DNA of 64,000 nt from the NCBI GenBank assembly GCA_018812925.1, contig JAHJCU010000005.1, positions 70,957-134,956 on the forward strand, written 5' to 3'. The notes under the pieces are model-generated. The model ran no database searches. It saw nothing but the letters and a program-made list of their open reading frames with translations, and was not told the DNA's origin. The position numbers and the translations under genes are program-made. Below are positions 10,586-20,606 of the stretch, in pieces. The stretch comes from Candidatus Omnitrophota bacterium (GTDB lineage Bacteria > CAIJMQ01). The number at the start of each line of letters is the position of its first letter. Positions within the stretch are counted from its first letter, which is position 1.

Positions 10586-10822
10586 ATGACCACAACAGTT
10601 GTAACCACAAAAGGGCAGATAGTAATACCTTCAAAAATTCGCAATCGGCTAAAAATAAAAAGAGGGACAAAACTTTATATAGAAGAAAACGGCACGGAAC
10701 TAATTCTTAAACCTGTCACGCCCGAATACTTCGGAAGAATAGCCGGAGTTTTATCTACTAAGGGTAAATTGTCAAAAGCGTTATTGGAAGGACGCTCAAA
10801 AGACAAAGGAAGAGAGGGCTAA
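10586..10822 (+). CDS. AbrB/MazE/SpoVT-family antitoxin (VapB-like)
   Basis: VTTKGQIVIPSKIRNRLKIKRG. Confidence 0.92.
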   Translation: MTTTVVTTKGQIVIPSKIRNRLKIKRGTKLYIEENGTELILKPVTPEYFGRIAGVLSTKGKLSKALLEGRSKDKGREG

Positions 10823-10825
10823 ACT

Positions 10826-11224
10826 ATGACGAGCATTCTTGATTCTCACGGACTTTTAGCATTCTTGGAAAAAGAACCCGGATTCGAAAAAGTGGAATCT
10901 CTTTTTGTAAATGCGGTTGCAAAAGACAAAGACCTGCTGATGACTTCGGTAAATTGGGGAGAAGTTTATTATATAGTTCTCCGTGAATGCGGAGCAGAAA
11001 AAGCGCAGGAAATAGAAAGAGTAATAAAAACCCTGCCTATAGAAATTATTGATGTTGACATAACCCTTGCCAAACAAGCCGCTTATTTCAAAGCCACAAA
11101 GAAGCTCTCCTATGCGGATTGTTTCGCCGCCGCTTTAGCAAAACAACATAAAGGAGAAGTCGTAACGGGTGATAAAGAATTTAAAGCAGTAGAGGATGAG
11201 GTAAGAATTGCATGGATAATTTAA
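10826..11224 (+). CDS. vapC: PIN-domain VapC toxin
   Basis: ILDS, NWGEV, LSYADC, VVTGDKEF acidic PIN residues. Confidence 0.92.
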   Translation: MTSILDSHGLLAFLEKEPGFEKVESLFVNAVAKDKDLLMTSVNWGEVYYIVLRECGAEKAQEIERVIKTLPIEIIDVDITLAKQAAYFKATKKLSYADCFAAALAKQHKGEVVTGDKEFKAVEDEVRIAWII

Positions 11225-13566
11225 ATTTATTATTAAAATTAGTAAAAGCACAAGATGAGGAAGAAGTTGGCAATATAATTACTTGCCATCCTGTATTGTC
11301 AAAAGAGGAGAATTGGAAACCACTTGCTGGGGAGCGCTCAAATATCGGTTTTGCTCATGCTCAACAAGCAAGTCCGATTCCCGCTTTAATAGAAAAACCA
11401 GTCAACTCGATAGATGCTCTTTTAACAAAGGAATGTATTCTAAGGGATATCGATCCTGAAGAACAGAAAGCCCCCTCTAGTATTCAAGAAGCTGCTGAAA
11501 AATTTTTCGGTATAGAAAGAGGGGATTTTACTGAAATTACAGACAAGCGATTACGTGAGGTTGCAGAAAATATTCAGATAATCGCTGACGGCACCAGACG
11601 AAACCCAAATATAATAATTTATGATAATGGAGAAGGACAGCATCCATCTAATTTTGAAAAAACTTTTCTGTATCGTTCAAGAGAGAACAAAATCAAAATA
11701 AAATTTGTTCAAGGGAAATTTAATATGGGCGGGACTGGAGCATTACGTTTCTGCGGAGCAAATAAATATCAACTTATATTATCACGCAGACATACTTCGT
11801 TATTAAATGAAAATCTAGGCCTTTATGGATTTACTTTAGTAAGATTTCATAGAGTAACTACTGTGGGTGAATATAAAAGCCAGTGGTATGAATATTGTGT
11901 CGATAAAACTGGGGATGTCTTTTCTTTTTCATCTGAAGAACTAAATTTGGGTCTATTCAGAAGGAAATTCCAATATGGGACTTACATAAAACTTTTCAAT
12001 TACGATTTACCAGATCGTTCCGATATAAGATTGGGACTATGGAGAGCATTCAATCGCTACTTATATTATCCAGCTTTACCGATTCTTTTATATGAAAAGA
12101 GAGATTATAAAGGAGGACATGGGGACCCAACAAAACTGATGCTTGGAAATAAAATGAGAATTATGAAAGACGGAAGGGAGCAAAAAGAGACATCCTTCCC
12201 TTTAGAGATAAATTTTAAGAATTTTAAGTTCCATGGAGAGGTTACAGTTTTTAAAGATGAGGTTGATAAGAATGAATTCGTAGAAAAACTTGCTGTGATA
12301 TTTACAATAAATGGACAAGTACATGATTATTTGGGTAGTTCTTTTATTGCTTCCAAGAACGGCGCTAATTTACCATATTTAAGTAACTCCCTTTTAGTTA
12401 ATATCGATTGCAGTAATATATCGCCATATATTCGCGATGAGTTATTTATGTCTTCTCGAGATAGAAGGGCTGAAACAGAGACGAAACGCGAATTAGACTA
12501 TGAGATAGCAAGGGAATTAAGAGACCTCGATATTTTACGGCAACTTAATGAGAAAAGAAGAGATGAAAAAATTTTCAAAAATCCTAAAGACGAGGACTTT
12601 CTAAAAAGAGTAATGAGCAGGTTAATTAGTAAGAATGAAGAAATTAGTAAACTGTTAGGACTTAATGGAGACATTGCTAGTAATATTATAAAGAAAACGC
12701 TACAAAAGAGAATTGAGAAGCAAGGCGAAATATTTAAACCAAAACGTTATCCTTCTTTTGTAAGATTTAAAAAGATAGCCCCCGGTAATATTAAAATGCT
12801 ACCTCAAAATGGCGAGTGCAAATTGTTCTTAGAAACAGACGTAGAGAACGAATACCTTATAAGACCACGAGACAAAGGAGACTTTAAAATTACCTTTGAA
12901 AAACCCCATTTAGGTGTTGGAGGAGAAGGAAGAGAAAAAGGTTCAGAAGAAGAAGTTTTTGATGTCAATATTGTTGGACCTACTCAAGGAGAAATAAAAC
13001 TAAGAATAAAAACAAAAAAAGAGTTACCAGTAGGCACAACTGTTAATATGAAAATAGAATTGTCTTCACCCGATGGACCTCATGTGTTAACAGCTTTTAT
13101 TAAAATTGATAATCCAATCAAAGAAGCACATGAAAAAGAAATTGAAATTAGAAAAACTTATCAATTGCCAGAAATTATAGATGTATATCGAGAGAAAAAA
13201 CAAGATATTGATACTCCAATTTGGAATAGTAATGATTATAATTGGACTGGAGAAGACATATGTAAAATTTGGCAATCAAGTGGAGAAAATAGTCTTGTTG
13301 ACGCAGTAGCAATAAATATGGATGCTAATTCCCTTCATGACTATATAAGAAAAAGAAAATTAACGGACAAACAAATAGAGAGCACTTCAAGATTATATCG
13401 GGTAGGGATTTATTTAATCTCTTTAATAACATACTTCCAACTTTCTCAACGAGAAGGTATTGAAGACAAAGAAGAATTGGCTTCTTATCTGATGAAGGGT
13501 GTAGGTAAGATTATAATTCATGTCATAATTAATGACGAAATAATTAAAGAGATAGATAAGGAATAA
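11212..13566 (+). CDS. Large GHKL (HSP90/MORC-like) ATPase of unknown function
   Basis: Bergerat motifs EKPVNSIDA, IYDNGEG, GKFNMGGTG, YGT; transducer-like region (FTINGQ..MSSRD); overlaps vapC by 13 nt. Confidence 0.75.
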   Translation: MDNLNLLLKLVKAQDEEEVGNIITCHPVLSKEENWKPLAGERSNIGFAHAQQASPIPALIEKPVNSIDALLTKECILRDIDPEEQKAPSSIQEAAEKFFGIERGDFTEITDKRLREVAENIQIIADGTRRNPNIIIYDNGEGQHPSNFEKTFLYRSRENKIKIKFVQGKFNMGGTGALRFCGANKYQLILSRRHTSLLNENLGLYGFTLVRFHRVTTVGEYKSQWYEYCVDKTGDVFSFSSEELNLGLFRRKFQYGTYIKLFNYDLPDRSDIRLGLWRAFNRYLYYPALPILLYEKRDYKGGHGDPTKLMLGNKMRIMKDGREQKETSFPLEINFKNFKFHGEVTVFKDEVDKNEFVEKLAVIFTINGQVHDYLGSSFIASKNGANLPYLSNSLLVNIDCSNISPYIRDELFMSSRDRRAETETKRELDYEIARELRDLDILRQLNEKRRDEKIFKNPKDEDFLKRVMSRLISKNEEISKLLGLNGDIASNIIKKTLQKRIEKQGEIFKPKRYPSFVRFKKIAPGNIKMLPQNGECKLFLETDVENEYLIRPRDKGDFKITFEKPHLGVGGEGREKGSEEEVFDVNIVGPTQGEIKLRIKTKKELPVGTTVNMKIELSSPDGPHVLTAFIKIDNPIKEAHEKEIEIRKTYQLPEIIDVYREKKQDIDTPIWNSNDYNWTGEDICKIWQSSGENSLVDAVAINMDANSLHDYIRKRKLTDKQIESTSRLYRVGIYLISLITYFQLSQREGIEDKEELASYLMKGVGKIIIHVIINDEIIKEIDKE

Positions 13567-13587
13567 AAGGAGTTGTATCTTGTATTG

Positions 13588-13927
13588 AGCAGGGCAGGCT
13601 GATACTTCCTTTTTGCAACTTTCAAGTCTGGTATTTGGGGAAGACAGATAACTGAAGGTTTGTCAGAAAGGAGGTGAAAGCCATGGTTAATTGTAAGAAC
13701 GATGCTCCTGGAATGAGGGGGTATCGTTCTAGGAACCAAAATGGCCTACTGCGTGACAAACGTGATGATACTCATATGGGCACCATTGAAGCGCAGTATG
13801 GTCATGATTTCGGGGTTCGTTCTGATATGCTTTTGGGAAATTACCTAAAGCAAAGAAGAATTGCTTCTCTGAATGATTTAGTTAATGGTAAATAACCATA
13901 ACTAAAGGTGTATCAGACTGCCCTGCT
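13588..13927. repeat. 18-bp inverted repeat (17/18) enclosing a small gene
   Basis: AGCAGGGCAGGCTGATAC at 13588-13605 and GTATCAGACTGCCCTGCT at 13910-13927. Confidence 0.85.
13683..13895 (+). CDS. Small basic hypothetical protein (70 aa) with two RxDxx[LM]G motifs
   Basis: Strong RBS AAAGGAGGTGA before ATG 13683; KRDDTHMG and VRSDMLLG. Confidence 0.75.
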   Translation: MVNCKNDAPGMRGYRSRNQNGLLRDKRDDTHMGTIEAQYGHDFGVRSDMLLGNYLKQRRIASLNDLVNGK

Positions 13928-14023
13928 GTACAAAACAGCGACTAATCACACAAAAATGTATTTATAAAATAGCGCTCTCTTCCCCTTTTTACATTCTCTA
14001 TTATGTGGTAAAATTTAACACTT

Positions 14024-14107
14024 GCCGAGGTGGCGGAACTGGTAGACGCGCATGGTTGAGGGCCATGTCCCTTTATTGGGATGGGGGTTCAAGTCCCCCC
14101 TTCGGCA
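14024..14107 (+). tRNA. tRNA-Leu(GAG)
   Basis: GCCGAGG/CTTCGGC acceptor, CATGG-TTGAGGG-CCATG anticodon arm, long variable arm. Confidence 0.95.
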
Positions 14108-14118
14108 CTAATTTTTTT

Positions 14119-14260
14119 GTCATTGCGAGCGACTGAAAAGAGCGCGGCGATCTCATGAGATTGCTTCACTTCGTTCGTCTCTAGAAATCTGCCCTCTGCA
14201 ATTTGAAAAATTGCGAGGACTAAGTCCCTGAAATTCCTGCGAATTTCTCAGGGCAATGAC
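14119..14260. repeat. GTCATTGCGAG..CAATGAC palindromic (REP-like) element with a family A module inserted at 14178-14253
   Basis: Terminal TGTCATTG/CAATGACA, internal GATCTC/GAGATT; homologous to 39241-39403. Confidence 0.85.
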
Positions 14261-14294
14261 ATTTCTCCGTAATCAATCTTTTATACAAAAAATA

Positions 14295-15350
14295 ATGAAA
14301 CTTTCCGATTTTAATTACGAACTTCCAAAAGAATTTATTGCGCAAGAACCTGTAACGCCAAGAGACAGTTCCAAGTTAATGGTTGTTGACAGAAAAAACA
14401 AAACCATCCAGCATAAAGTCTTTAGTGATATAGGTGATTTTCTTAATAAAGGCGACCTCTTAGTAATAAACGATGCGAAAGTATTTCCTGCTCGATTGTT
14501 AGGTAAAAAAGAATCTACCGGAGGCAAAGTAAATGTCCTGCTTATTGAAAAAGAAGAAGGCAAGAGGTGGAAGTGTCTTGTTCAAGGTTCCGGCAGGATA
14601 AAAATAGGACTACGGATGGTATTTGGAGACGGAAAGTTGAAAGGTGAAATAGAGAATTATAACAGGGGAATATATACTGTAAACTTTGCCCTGAACCAGA
14701 ACGAGTTCGATTCAGGGTCTAAATATGAAGATAATTTCAGACAGATTTTAGGAGAGATAGGAGAAGCACCCATACCCCCGTATATTACAAAGAGAACTGA
14801 TACTTCGGAAGAGAGATATCAGACTGTTTATGCAAAAAAAGATGGAGCTATCGCGGCGCCTACAGCAGGTTTTCATTTTACGAAAGAATTACTTGAAAGG
14901 CTGAAAGCCAAAGGAATATCAATTGCGACGATAACACTCATAGTAGGCAGAGGTACTTTTAATCCCATAAAAACAGAAATCTTAGAAGAACATGTAATGG
15001 ACGAGGAATATTTCGAGTTAAGAAACGAGGAGATAGAGAAAATAAACAAACAAATTGAAAGAAAAGGCAGGATAATTGCTGTGGGGACTACAAGTGTAAG
15101 AACTCTCGAAAGCGCATTTAAGAATGGCAAAATAAGCAAAAATATGGGAAAAACTTCGCTCTTTATTTATCCGGGTTATAAATTCGAAACCATAGATACA
15201 CTTATTACTAATTTCCATCTTCCCAAATCAACTTTACTATTGTTAACTTGCGCTTTTGGCGGAAGAGAACTGATATTAAGAGCTTATCAAGAAGCTATCA
15301 AAAAAAATTATCGTTTTTATAGTTTTGGAGATGCAATGCTTATATTATAA
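14295..15350 (+). CDS. queA: tRNA preQ1(34) S-adenosylmethionine ribosyltransferase-isomerase
   Basis: MKLSDFNYELP, YQTVYA, AAPTAGFHF, TNFHLPKSTL, YRFYSFGDAMLI; hairpin insertion at 14689-14717. Confidence 0.97.
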   Translation: MKLSDFNYELPKEFIAQEPVTPRDSSKLMVVDRKNKTIQHKVFSDIGDFLNKGDLLVINDAKVFPARLLGKKESTGGKVNVLLIEKEEGKRWKCLVQGSGRIKIGLRMVFGDGKLKGEIENYNRGIYTVNFALNQNEFDSGSKYEDNFRQILGEIGEAPIPPYITKRTDTSEERYQTVYAKKDGAIAAPTAGFHFTKELLERLKAKGISIATITLIVGRGTFNPIKTEILEEHVMDEEYFELRNEEIEKINKQIERKGRIIAVGTTSVRTLESAFKNGKISKNMGKTSLFIYPGYKFETIDTLITNFHLPKSTLLLLTCAFGGRELILRAYQEAIKKNYRFYSFGDAMLIL

Positions 15351-15487
15351 AAATTCGAATTTCGAATATCGAAGCACGAAACAAGCGCGAATGACAGAAA
15401 TTCAAATAACCAAAACAATAAGTTTAGAAAATTAGGACATTAGAATTTTGAATTTGTTTCGGATTTCGTGCTTAAGATTTAGGATTT
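15351..15487. repeat. 7-nt-periodic inverted-repeat element (copy 1)
   Basis: Degenerate AAATTCG-type heptamers and mirrored right arm; aligns end-to-end with 20607-20743. Confidence 0.85.
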
Positions 15488-15568
15488 GCTTTAACGGGTC
15501 AGATTGACGAGGAGCACGTATTTTAGTAAATTACTAACTTACAAAAACAAAATCAGGAGATTTAACAA

Positions 15569-17266
15569 ATGTTATCTGATTTGGATATTGCTCAACAAGC
15601 AAAAATGCAGCCTATTAGCGAGATTGCCGACAAGTTAGGAGTGCAACAAGACGAGTTAGAATCTCACGGCAATTATATGGCGAAAATAGACCTTAATATA
15701 CTCAAGCGATTAGAAGATAAACCTAATGGTAAATTTATAACTGTTACAGCTATAACCCCTACACCTTTAGGAGAAGGTAAAACAGTTACTAATCTGGGCT
15801 TAGGGATGGCTCTTTCTAAAATTGGCAAGAAAACCTGCAATGTTATTCGCGAGCCTTCAAAAGGTCCGACTTTTGGGATAAAAGGCGGTGCCTGCGGAGG
15901 AGGATATTCGCAAGTTGTCCCAATGGAGAATATAAATCTTCATTTTACAGGAGACATTCATGCAGTAGATACGGCTCATAATCTATTAAACGCCGCACTT
16001 GATTCCCATCTTGCCCATGGCAACAAGCTCAATATTGATACTAATTTCATAACAATAAACAGATGTGTCGATGTAAGTGACAGGGCTTTAAGAGATATAG
16101 TAATTGGTTTGGGAGGAACAGCTAACGGTTATCCGCGTCAGGCAGGTTATGATATTACCGTAGCAACGGAAACCGCAGCCATACATTCCCTAACTAATTC
16201 ATTAAAGGATTTGAGGCAAAGATTGGGAAGAATGGTGGTGGGATATACTTATGATGGAAAACCCGTAACCGCGGAAGACTTAAAAGTAGCCGGCGCAATG
16301 ACTGTGTTGATGAAAGACGCTATAAAACCAAACTTGGTGCAGACGCTTGAAAATACTCCCGCCATAGTTCACGGATTCCCTTTTGCCAATGTAGCTCACG
16401 GTAATAATTCCGTTATAGCTAATCTTGCAGCGCTTAAGTTGGCTGATTATGTTGTTACTGAAAGCGGGTTTGGCGCTGACTGCGGAGCGGAAAAATTAAT
16501 TGATGTAGTTTGCAGGCAGGCAAATTTGAAACTTGACTGTGTGGTAATTACTTTGTCCATAAGAGCTTTGAAGATGCACGGCGGTGCTTTTGAATTAAAG
16601 CCGGGACAGAAATTAAACAGAGAACTCGTAGCAAAAGATAATATGCCTGCCTTGGAAAAGGGCTGCGAGAATTTAAAAGTGCATATAGAAAATATGCGTA
16701 GTTTCGGTATACCTGTTGTAGTTACTATCAACAAATTTACAGACGATAAACCTCAGGAAACGGATTTTGTTAAGAAGTATGCTGTTGATAACGGCGCAAG
16801 TTTCGCTGTTCCTATAGACCCGTGGGCTAAAGGAGGGGAAGGATGCTTAGAGGCGGCAGAAGCTATAGTCAAAGCCTGCAGTATGCCTAACAATTTCCAT
16901 TTCCTTTATCCAGATGATTTATCAATAGAGGAAAAGATAGAAACTATTGCCAAGAAAATATACCGCGCGGATGGCGTCGATTATTCTCCGCAAGCAAAAA
17001 AGAGAATAAAACTTTATACAAAATTAGGTTACAGCAAGTTACCGATAAATATGGCTAAGACACATCTTTCTATTTCGCATGACCCTAATTTAAAAGGCGC
17101 GCCTAAAGATTTCCGTGTGCCGGTAAGAGATATAAGAGCTTCGATAGGAGCGGGTTTTCTATATCCGTTACTTGGCCAGATGCGGACAATGCCGGGACTT
17201 CCTTCTCGCGCTGCGTATATGGATGTGGATATCGACAGTGAAGGAAAAACATTAGGACTGTTCTAA
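15569..17266 (+). CDS. fhs: Formate--tetrahydrofolate ligase
   Basis: TPTPLGEGKT, GIKGGACGGGYSQV, NLHFTGDIHA, TMPGLP. Confidence 0.97.
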   Translation: MLSDLDIAQQAKMQPISEIADKLGVQQDELESHGNYMAKIDLNILKRLEDKPNGKFITVTAITPTPLGEGKTVTNLGLGMALSKIGKKTCNVIREPSKGPTFGIKGGACGGGYSQVVPMENINLHFTGDIHAVDTAHNLLNAALDSHLAHGNKLNIDTNFITINRCVDVSDRALRDIVIGLGGTANGYPRQAGYDITVATETAAIHSLTNSLKDLRQRLGRMVVGYTYDGKPVTAEDLKVAGAMTVLMKDAIKPNLVQTLENTPAIVHGFPFANVAHGNNSVIANLAALKLADYVVTESGFGADCGAEKLIDVVCRQANLKLDCVVITLSIRALKMHGGAFELKPGQKLNRELVAKDNMPALEKGCENLKVHIENMRSFGIPVVVTINKFTDDKPQETDFVKKYAVDNGASFAVPIDPWAKGGEGCLEAAEAIVKACSMPNNFHFLYPDDLSIEEKIETIAKKIYRADGVDYSPQAKKRIKLYTKLGYSKLPINMAKTHLSISHDPNLKGAPKDFRVPVRDIRASIGAGFLYPLLGQMRTMPGLPSRAAYMDVDIDSEGKTLGLF

Positions 17267-17289
17267 GAAAGTAAGAAGTTCAATGAAGA

Positions 17290-17392
17290 AGACTTTAGAC
17301 ATTAGACTTTGGACTCTGGATTTAAAAATCTTTTTTTGGGTAGTCTTAAGTCTAAGGTCTTTGGTCTATAGTCTATTCGCCAAAGGCGAATA
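17290..17392. repeat. 7-nt-periodic IR (AGACTTT-type / AGTCT-type) followed by TATTCGCC-AAA-GGCGAATA hairpin; boundaries approximate
   Basis: Read directly between fhs and alaS. Confidence 0.7.
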
Positions 17393-17400
17393 TTAAAATT

Positions 17401-20034
17401 ATGAAATCAAGCGAAATTAGAACGGAATTTCTTAGATTTTTTGAAAAGAAAGGGCATATTATTAAACCTCCTTCTTCTTTAGTACCGCAAGATGACCCTA
17501 CGCTGTTATTTACCGGCGCGGGAATGAATCAATTCAAAAAAGAATTTTTAGGGGTAGGTGATAAGAAATTAAAAAGGGTTACGACTTGCCAAAAATGTTT
17601 CAGAACTTCGGATATAGAGATTATAGGCAAAAGCCCCTTGCATCATACATTTTTTGAAATGCTTGGCAATTTTTCCTTCGGTGATTATTTTAAGGAAGAA
17701 GCGATCCAGTGGGCTTGGCAGTTTGTAACAGAAACCTTTAAGCTGTCGGAAGAAAGCATCTGGATTTCTGTCTACGAAGATGATGAAGAGGCTTACAGAA
17801 TATGGAGCAAAGAAATAGGTGTTAAAAAAGAACGGATAGTGCCTTTGGGGAAAAACACCAACTGGTGGGATGCAGGAGAAACGGGTCCTTGCGGTCCATG
17901 TTCAGAAATAATTATTGACAGAGGGAAAGCGTTCGGGTGTGGTAAAAAAAGTTGCGATATAAACTGTGATTGTGGACGCCATCTTGAACTCTGGAATCTT
18001 GTATTTACCCAATTCAATAGAAAAGCAGACGGAAGTTTGGAACCATTGCCACAAAAAAATATCGATACGGGAATGGGGTTGGAAAGAGCATCGGCTATTA
18101 TGCAAAAAATGGAAGATAATTTTTTAACCGATGTTTTTTCTCCTCTTGTTCAGTCTATATGCGAAAAATCGAAAACAAAATACAATAAAGAAAACGTAAG
18201 ACCCATAAGGATTATTTCGGATCATATAAGAGCGATTGTCTTTTTGATTTCCGACGGGGTTTTCCCGTCCAACGACGGAAAAGGTTATGTGCTAAGAAGA
18301 CTTATCAGAAATGCCGCAAGGCAGGGAGAAAAAATAAAGCTCAAACTTCCTTTCCTATATGAATTCATTCCTACCGTAATAAAAACAACGGCAGAGGCAT
18401 ATCCTGATTTAAAAGACAGGAAGGAGCATGTCGCCAAAGTTTTAAAAAGCGAGGAAGATTCCTATAAACGCACTCTTAGGGAAGGTTCTAAAATTTTGGG
18501 AGAAATTTTTCAAAAACATAAAGAGAAAAAACAAAAGGGCATATCAGGAAAAGAATTATTTAAACTTTATGATACATACGGTTTGCCTTCGGATTTAGTT
18601 GAAGAAATTGCACGCGAGGAAGGTTTTGAAGTAGATAAAAAGGGATTTCAGAAGGAAATGGACTCTCAAAAAATAAAGGGACGGCTTGCATGGACAGGAG
18701 ACACGAAAACTTCCGACAAAGCAACGCTATATGAACACCTGTCGGAAAAATTCGGCTCTACAAAATTCGTAGGTTACGAAAAATTACAATGCGATACTGA
18801 AATTCTTTCTATTGTTCAAGACAGTATTGATTATAAGGGAAAAATCGGTAATGCAGAAGTGGGATTAATTGTCGCTACGACTCCTTTTTATGCGGAAATG
18901 GGTGGACAGGTTTTTGATATGGGCAGTTTTCAGACGAAAAAAGCAAAGGGAAGCATAGACAATGTGTATTATGGCAAAGAAGGATTAATAGTCCATAGCG
19001 CGAAAATAGAAGAAGGAGAGATAGAAAAAGGAGAAAAAATACATTTAACGGTAAACAAACAAAGAAGACAAAATATCGCCTGCCATCATACCGCAACGCA
19101 TTTACTTCAATATGCTCTGCGAACCGTATTGGGAAGTCACATTCAGCAGTCAGGTTCGCTTGTTGAGGAAAATTACTTAAGGTTTGACTTTTCACATTTT
19201 TCCCAGATTACAAAAGAGGAACTTGCAAGAATAGAAGAAATTGTTAACGAAAAAATAAGAGAAATTATACCTGTAAAAATAGAAAATTTATCGCTTGTAG
19301 AAGCCAAAAAGAAAGGCGCTTTAAGTTTCTTCGGTGAAAAATACGGCGAGCTTGTACGGGTGGTTTCGGTTGGTGATACAAGCAAGGAATTCTGCGGAGG
19401 AATTCACGTAAATAATACCGGCCAAATAGGCATGTTCCACATATTAAGTGAAAGTTCCATAGGCAAAGGATTAAGAAGAATTGAAGCTGTTGCCGGACAG
19501 CCGGCATATGTATCAATCAGAAATAAACTGCATTCTGTTGAAAAAATATCTTATCTTTTAAAAACTTCCCCGGAAATTATAGAAAAAAGAGTTCAAGAAT
19601 TGCTTGACCAGCAAAAACTTCTTTCAAAACAGATAGAGGTATTATCGGAACAAACTTTACTTGAAAAGATAAACAATGCGTCGGATAAAGCTAAAACTAT
19701 AAACGGAATAAGCGTTGTTAATTTAAGAATAGATGGAGTAAGAGCAGATGCTTTAAGAAGAGCCGTTGATATCTTGAAAGACAAAATAAAAAACTCCGCT
19801 GTTGTTGTTTTTGGGTCAGTAAAAGATAAAAATGTAATATTTGTCGGGGGTATTACTACTGACTTGGTGGAAAAAGGGTTTAACGCAGGAACAATAATAA
19901 GCGAAATTTCCAAGATTGCGGGCGGAAGCGGCGGAGGTAGAACCGAGATGGCAACAGGCGGAGGCAAAGATATAAGTAAATTGGATAAGGCCCTGCAGGA
20001 AGTCGAGAATATCATAAAGAAATTCAAAGTTTAA
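17401..20034 (+). CDS. alaS: Alanine--tRNA ligase
   Basis: DPTLLFT, HHTFFEMLGNFSFGDYFK, DTGMGLER, HTATHLL, GGSGGGR. Confidence 0.98.
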   Translation: MKSSEIRTEFLRFFEKKGHIIKPPSSLVPQDDPTLLFTGAGMNQFKKEFLGVGDKKLKRVTTCQKCFRTSDIEIIGKSPLHHTFFEMLGNFSFGDYFKEEAIQWAWQFVTETFKLSEESIWISVYEDDEEAYRIWSKEIGVKKERIVPLGKNTNWWDAGETGPCGPCSEIIIDRGKAFGCGKKSCDINCDCGRHLELWNLVFTQFNRKADGSLEPLPQKNIDTGMGLERASAIMQKMEDNFLTDVFSPLVQSICEKSKTKYNKENVRPIRIISDHIRAIVFLISDGVFPSNDGKGYVLRRLIRNAARQGEKIKLKLPFLYEFIPTVIKTTAEAYPDLKDRKEHVAKVLKSEEDSYKRTLREGSKILGEIFQKHKEKKQKGISGKELFKLYDTYGLPSDLVEEIAREEGFEVDKKGFQKEMDSQKIKGRLAWTGDTKTSDKATLYEHLSEKFGSTKFVGYEKLQCDTEILSIVQDSIDYKGKIGNAEVGLIVATTPFYAEMGGQVFDMGSFQTKKAKGSIDNVYYGKEGLIVHSAKIEEGEIEKGEKIHLTVNKQRRQNIACHHTATHLLQYALRTVLGSHIQQSGSLVEENYLRFDFSHFSQITKEELARIEEIVNEKIREIIPVKIENLSLVEAKKKGALSFFGEKYGELVRVVSVGDTSKEFCGGIHVNNTGQIGMFHILSESSIGKGLRRIEAVAGQPAYVSIRNKLHSVEKISYLLKTSPEIIEKRVQELLDQQKLLSKQIEVLSEQTLLEKINNASDKAKTINGISVVNLRIDGVRADALRRAVDILKDKIKNSAVVVFGSVKDKNVIFVGGITTDLVEKGFNAGTIISEISKIAGGSGGGRTEMATGGGKDISKLDKALQEVENIIKKFKV

Positions 20035-20066
20035 GATTCTCAATTCCTTAATAATACAATAATAAC

Positions 20067-20537
20067 ATGCTAATCGTTGACGGATATAATGTGCTTATGC
20101 AAATGGGGTTAAGAGACAAGACTTTAGAAGTAAGAAGAGACCATTTCATTAGAATATTAAACATTAGGAACAAGATGTTCGGTGGGATAACGGTAGTCTT
20201 TGACGGGAAAGAAGAAATTGAAGGGTCTTACATAAAAGCAAGAACACCCGTAAAAGTTATTTATACCAGAGGTGAATCTGCAGACGACTGTATCAAATCA
20301 ATGATAGAAAAATCCCAGAATCCACAGGCAATAACAATAGCAACGGATGACAGGGAAATCAAAGATTTTGCAAAAATGCATTTTTGTAAACTTATATCTT
20401 CGCTTGACTTAATAAGCAAAGTTTCCCCCGTTAAAAAAGAACTTCCTGAAGAACCCGAAGAAAACAAAGACGATTTTGTGAATAGCGTCAAAGCAAGGGC
20501 AATTACCGACGAACTGAAAAAAAAGTGGCAAATGTAA
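20067..20537 (+). CDS. NYN/YacP-like RNase domain protein
   Basis: LIVDGYN, VVFDG, ESADD, TDDRE. Confidence 0.85.
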   Translation: MLIVDGYNVLMQMGLRDKTLEVRRDHFIRILNIRNKMFGGITVVFDGKEEIEGSYIKARTPVKVIYTRGESADDCIKSMIEKSQNPQAITIATDDREIKDFAKMHFCKLISSLDLISKVSPVKKELPEEPEENKDDFVNSVKARAITDELKKKWQM

Positions 20538-20606
20538 ATTCCAAATCACAAATAAATTATTTTAAAATAGGGATAGGTGACGGTTAGGGTTTACGTAAAG
20601 CTTTTT

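Noticed and set aside
10244..14107. Integrated prophage or ICE between the tRNAs
   Set aside because: No integrase and no duplicated tRNA 3' end (att) found by eye; treated as an islet only.
14256..14294. Longer starts in the ORF track for queA (14256), gatB (35640), pyrD (45288), ispF (50393) and V-ATPase D (52050)
   Set aside because: These starts fall inside repeat elements; family-typical starts lie downstream.
15488..15568. Riboswitch upstream of fhs (and SAH riboswitch upstream of ahcY)
   Set aside because: No recognisable THF, ZTP or SAH consensus by eye; an Rfam scan would be needed.
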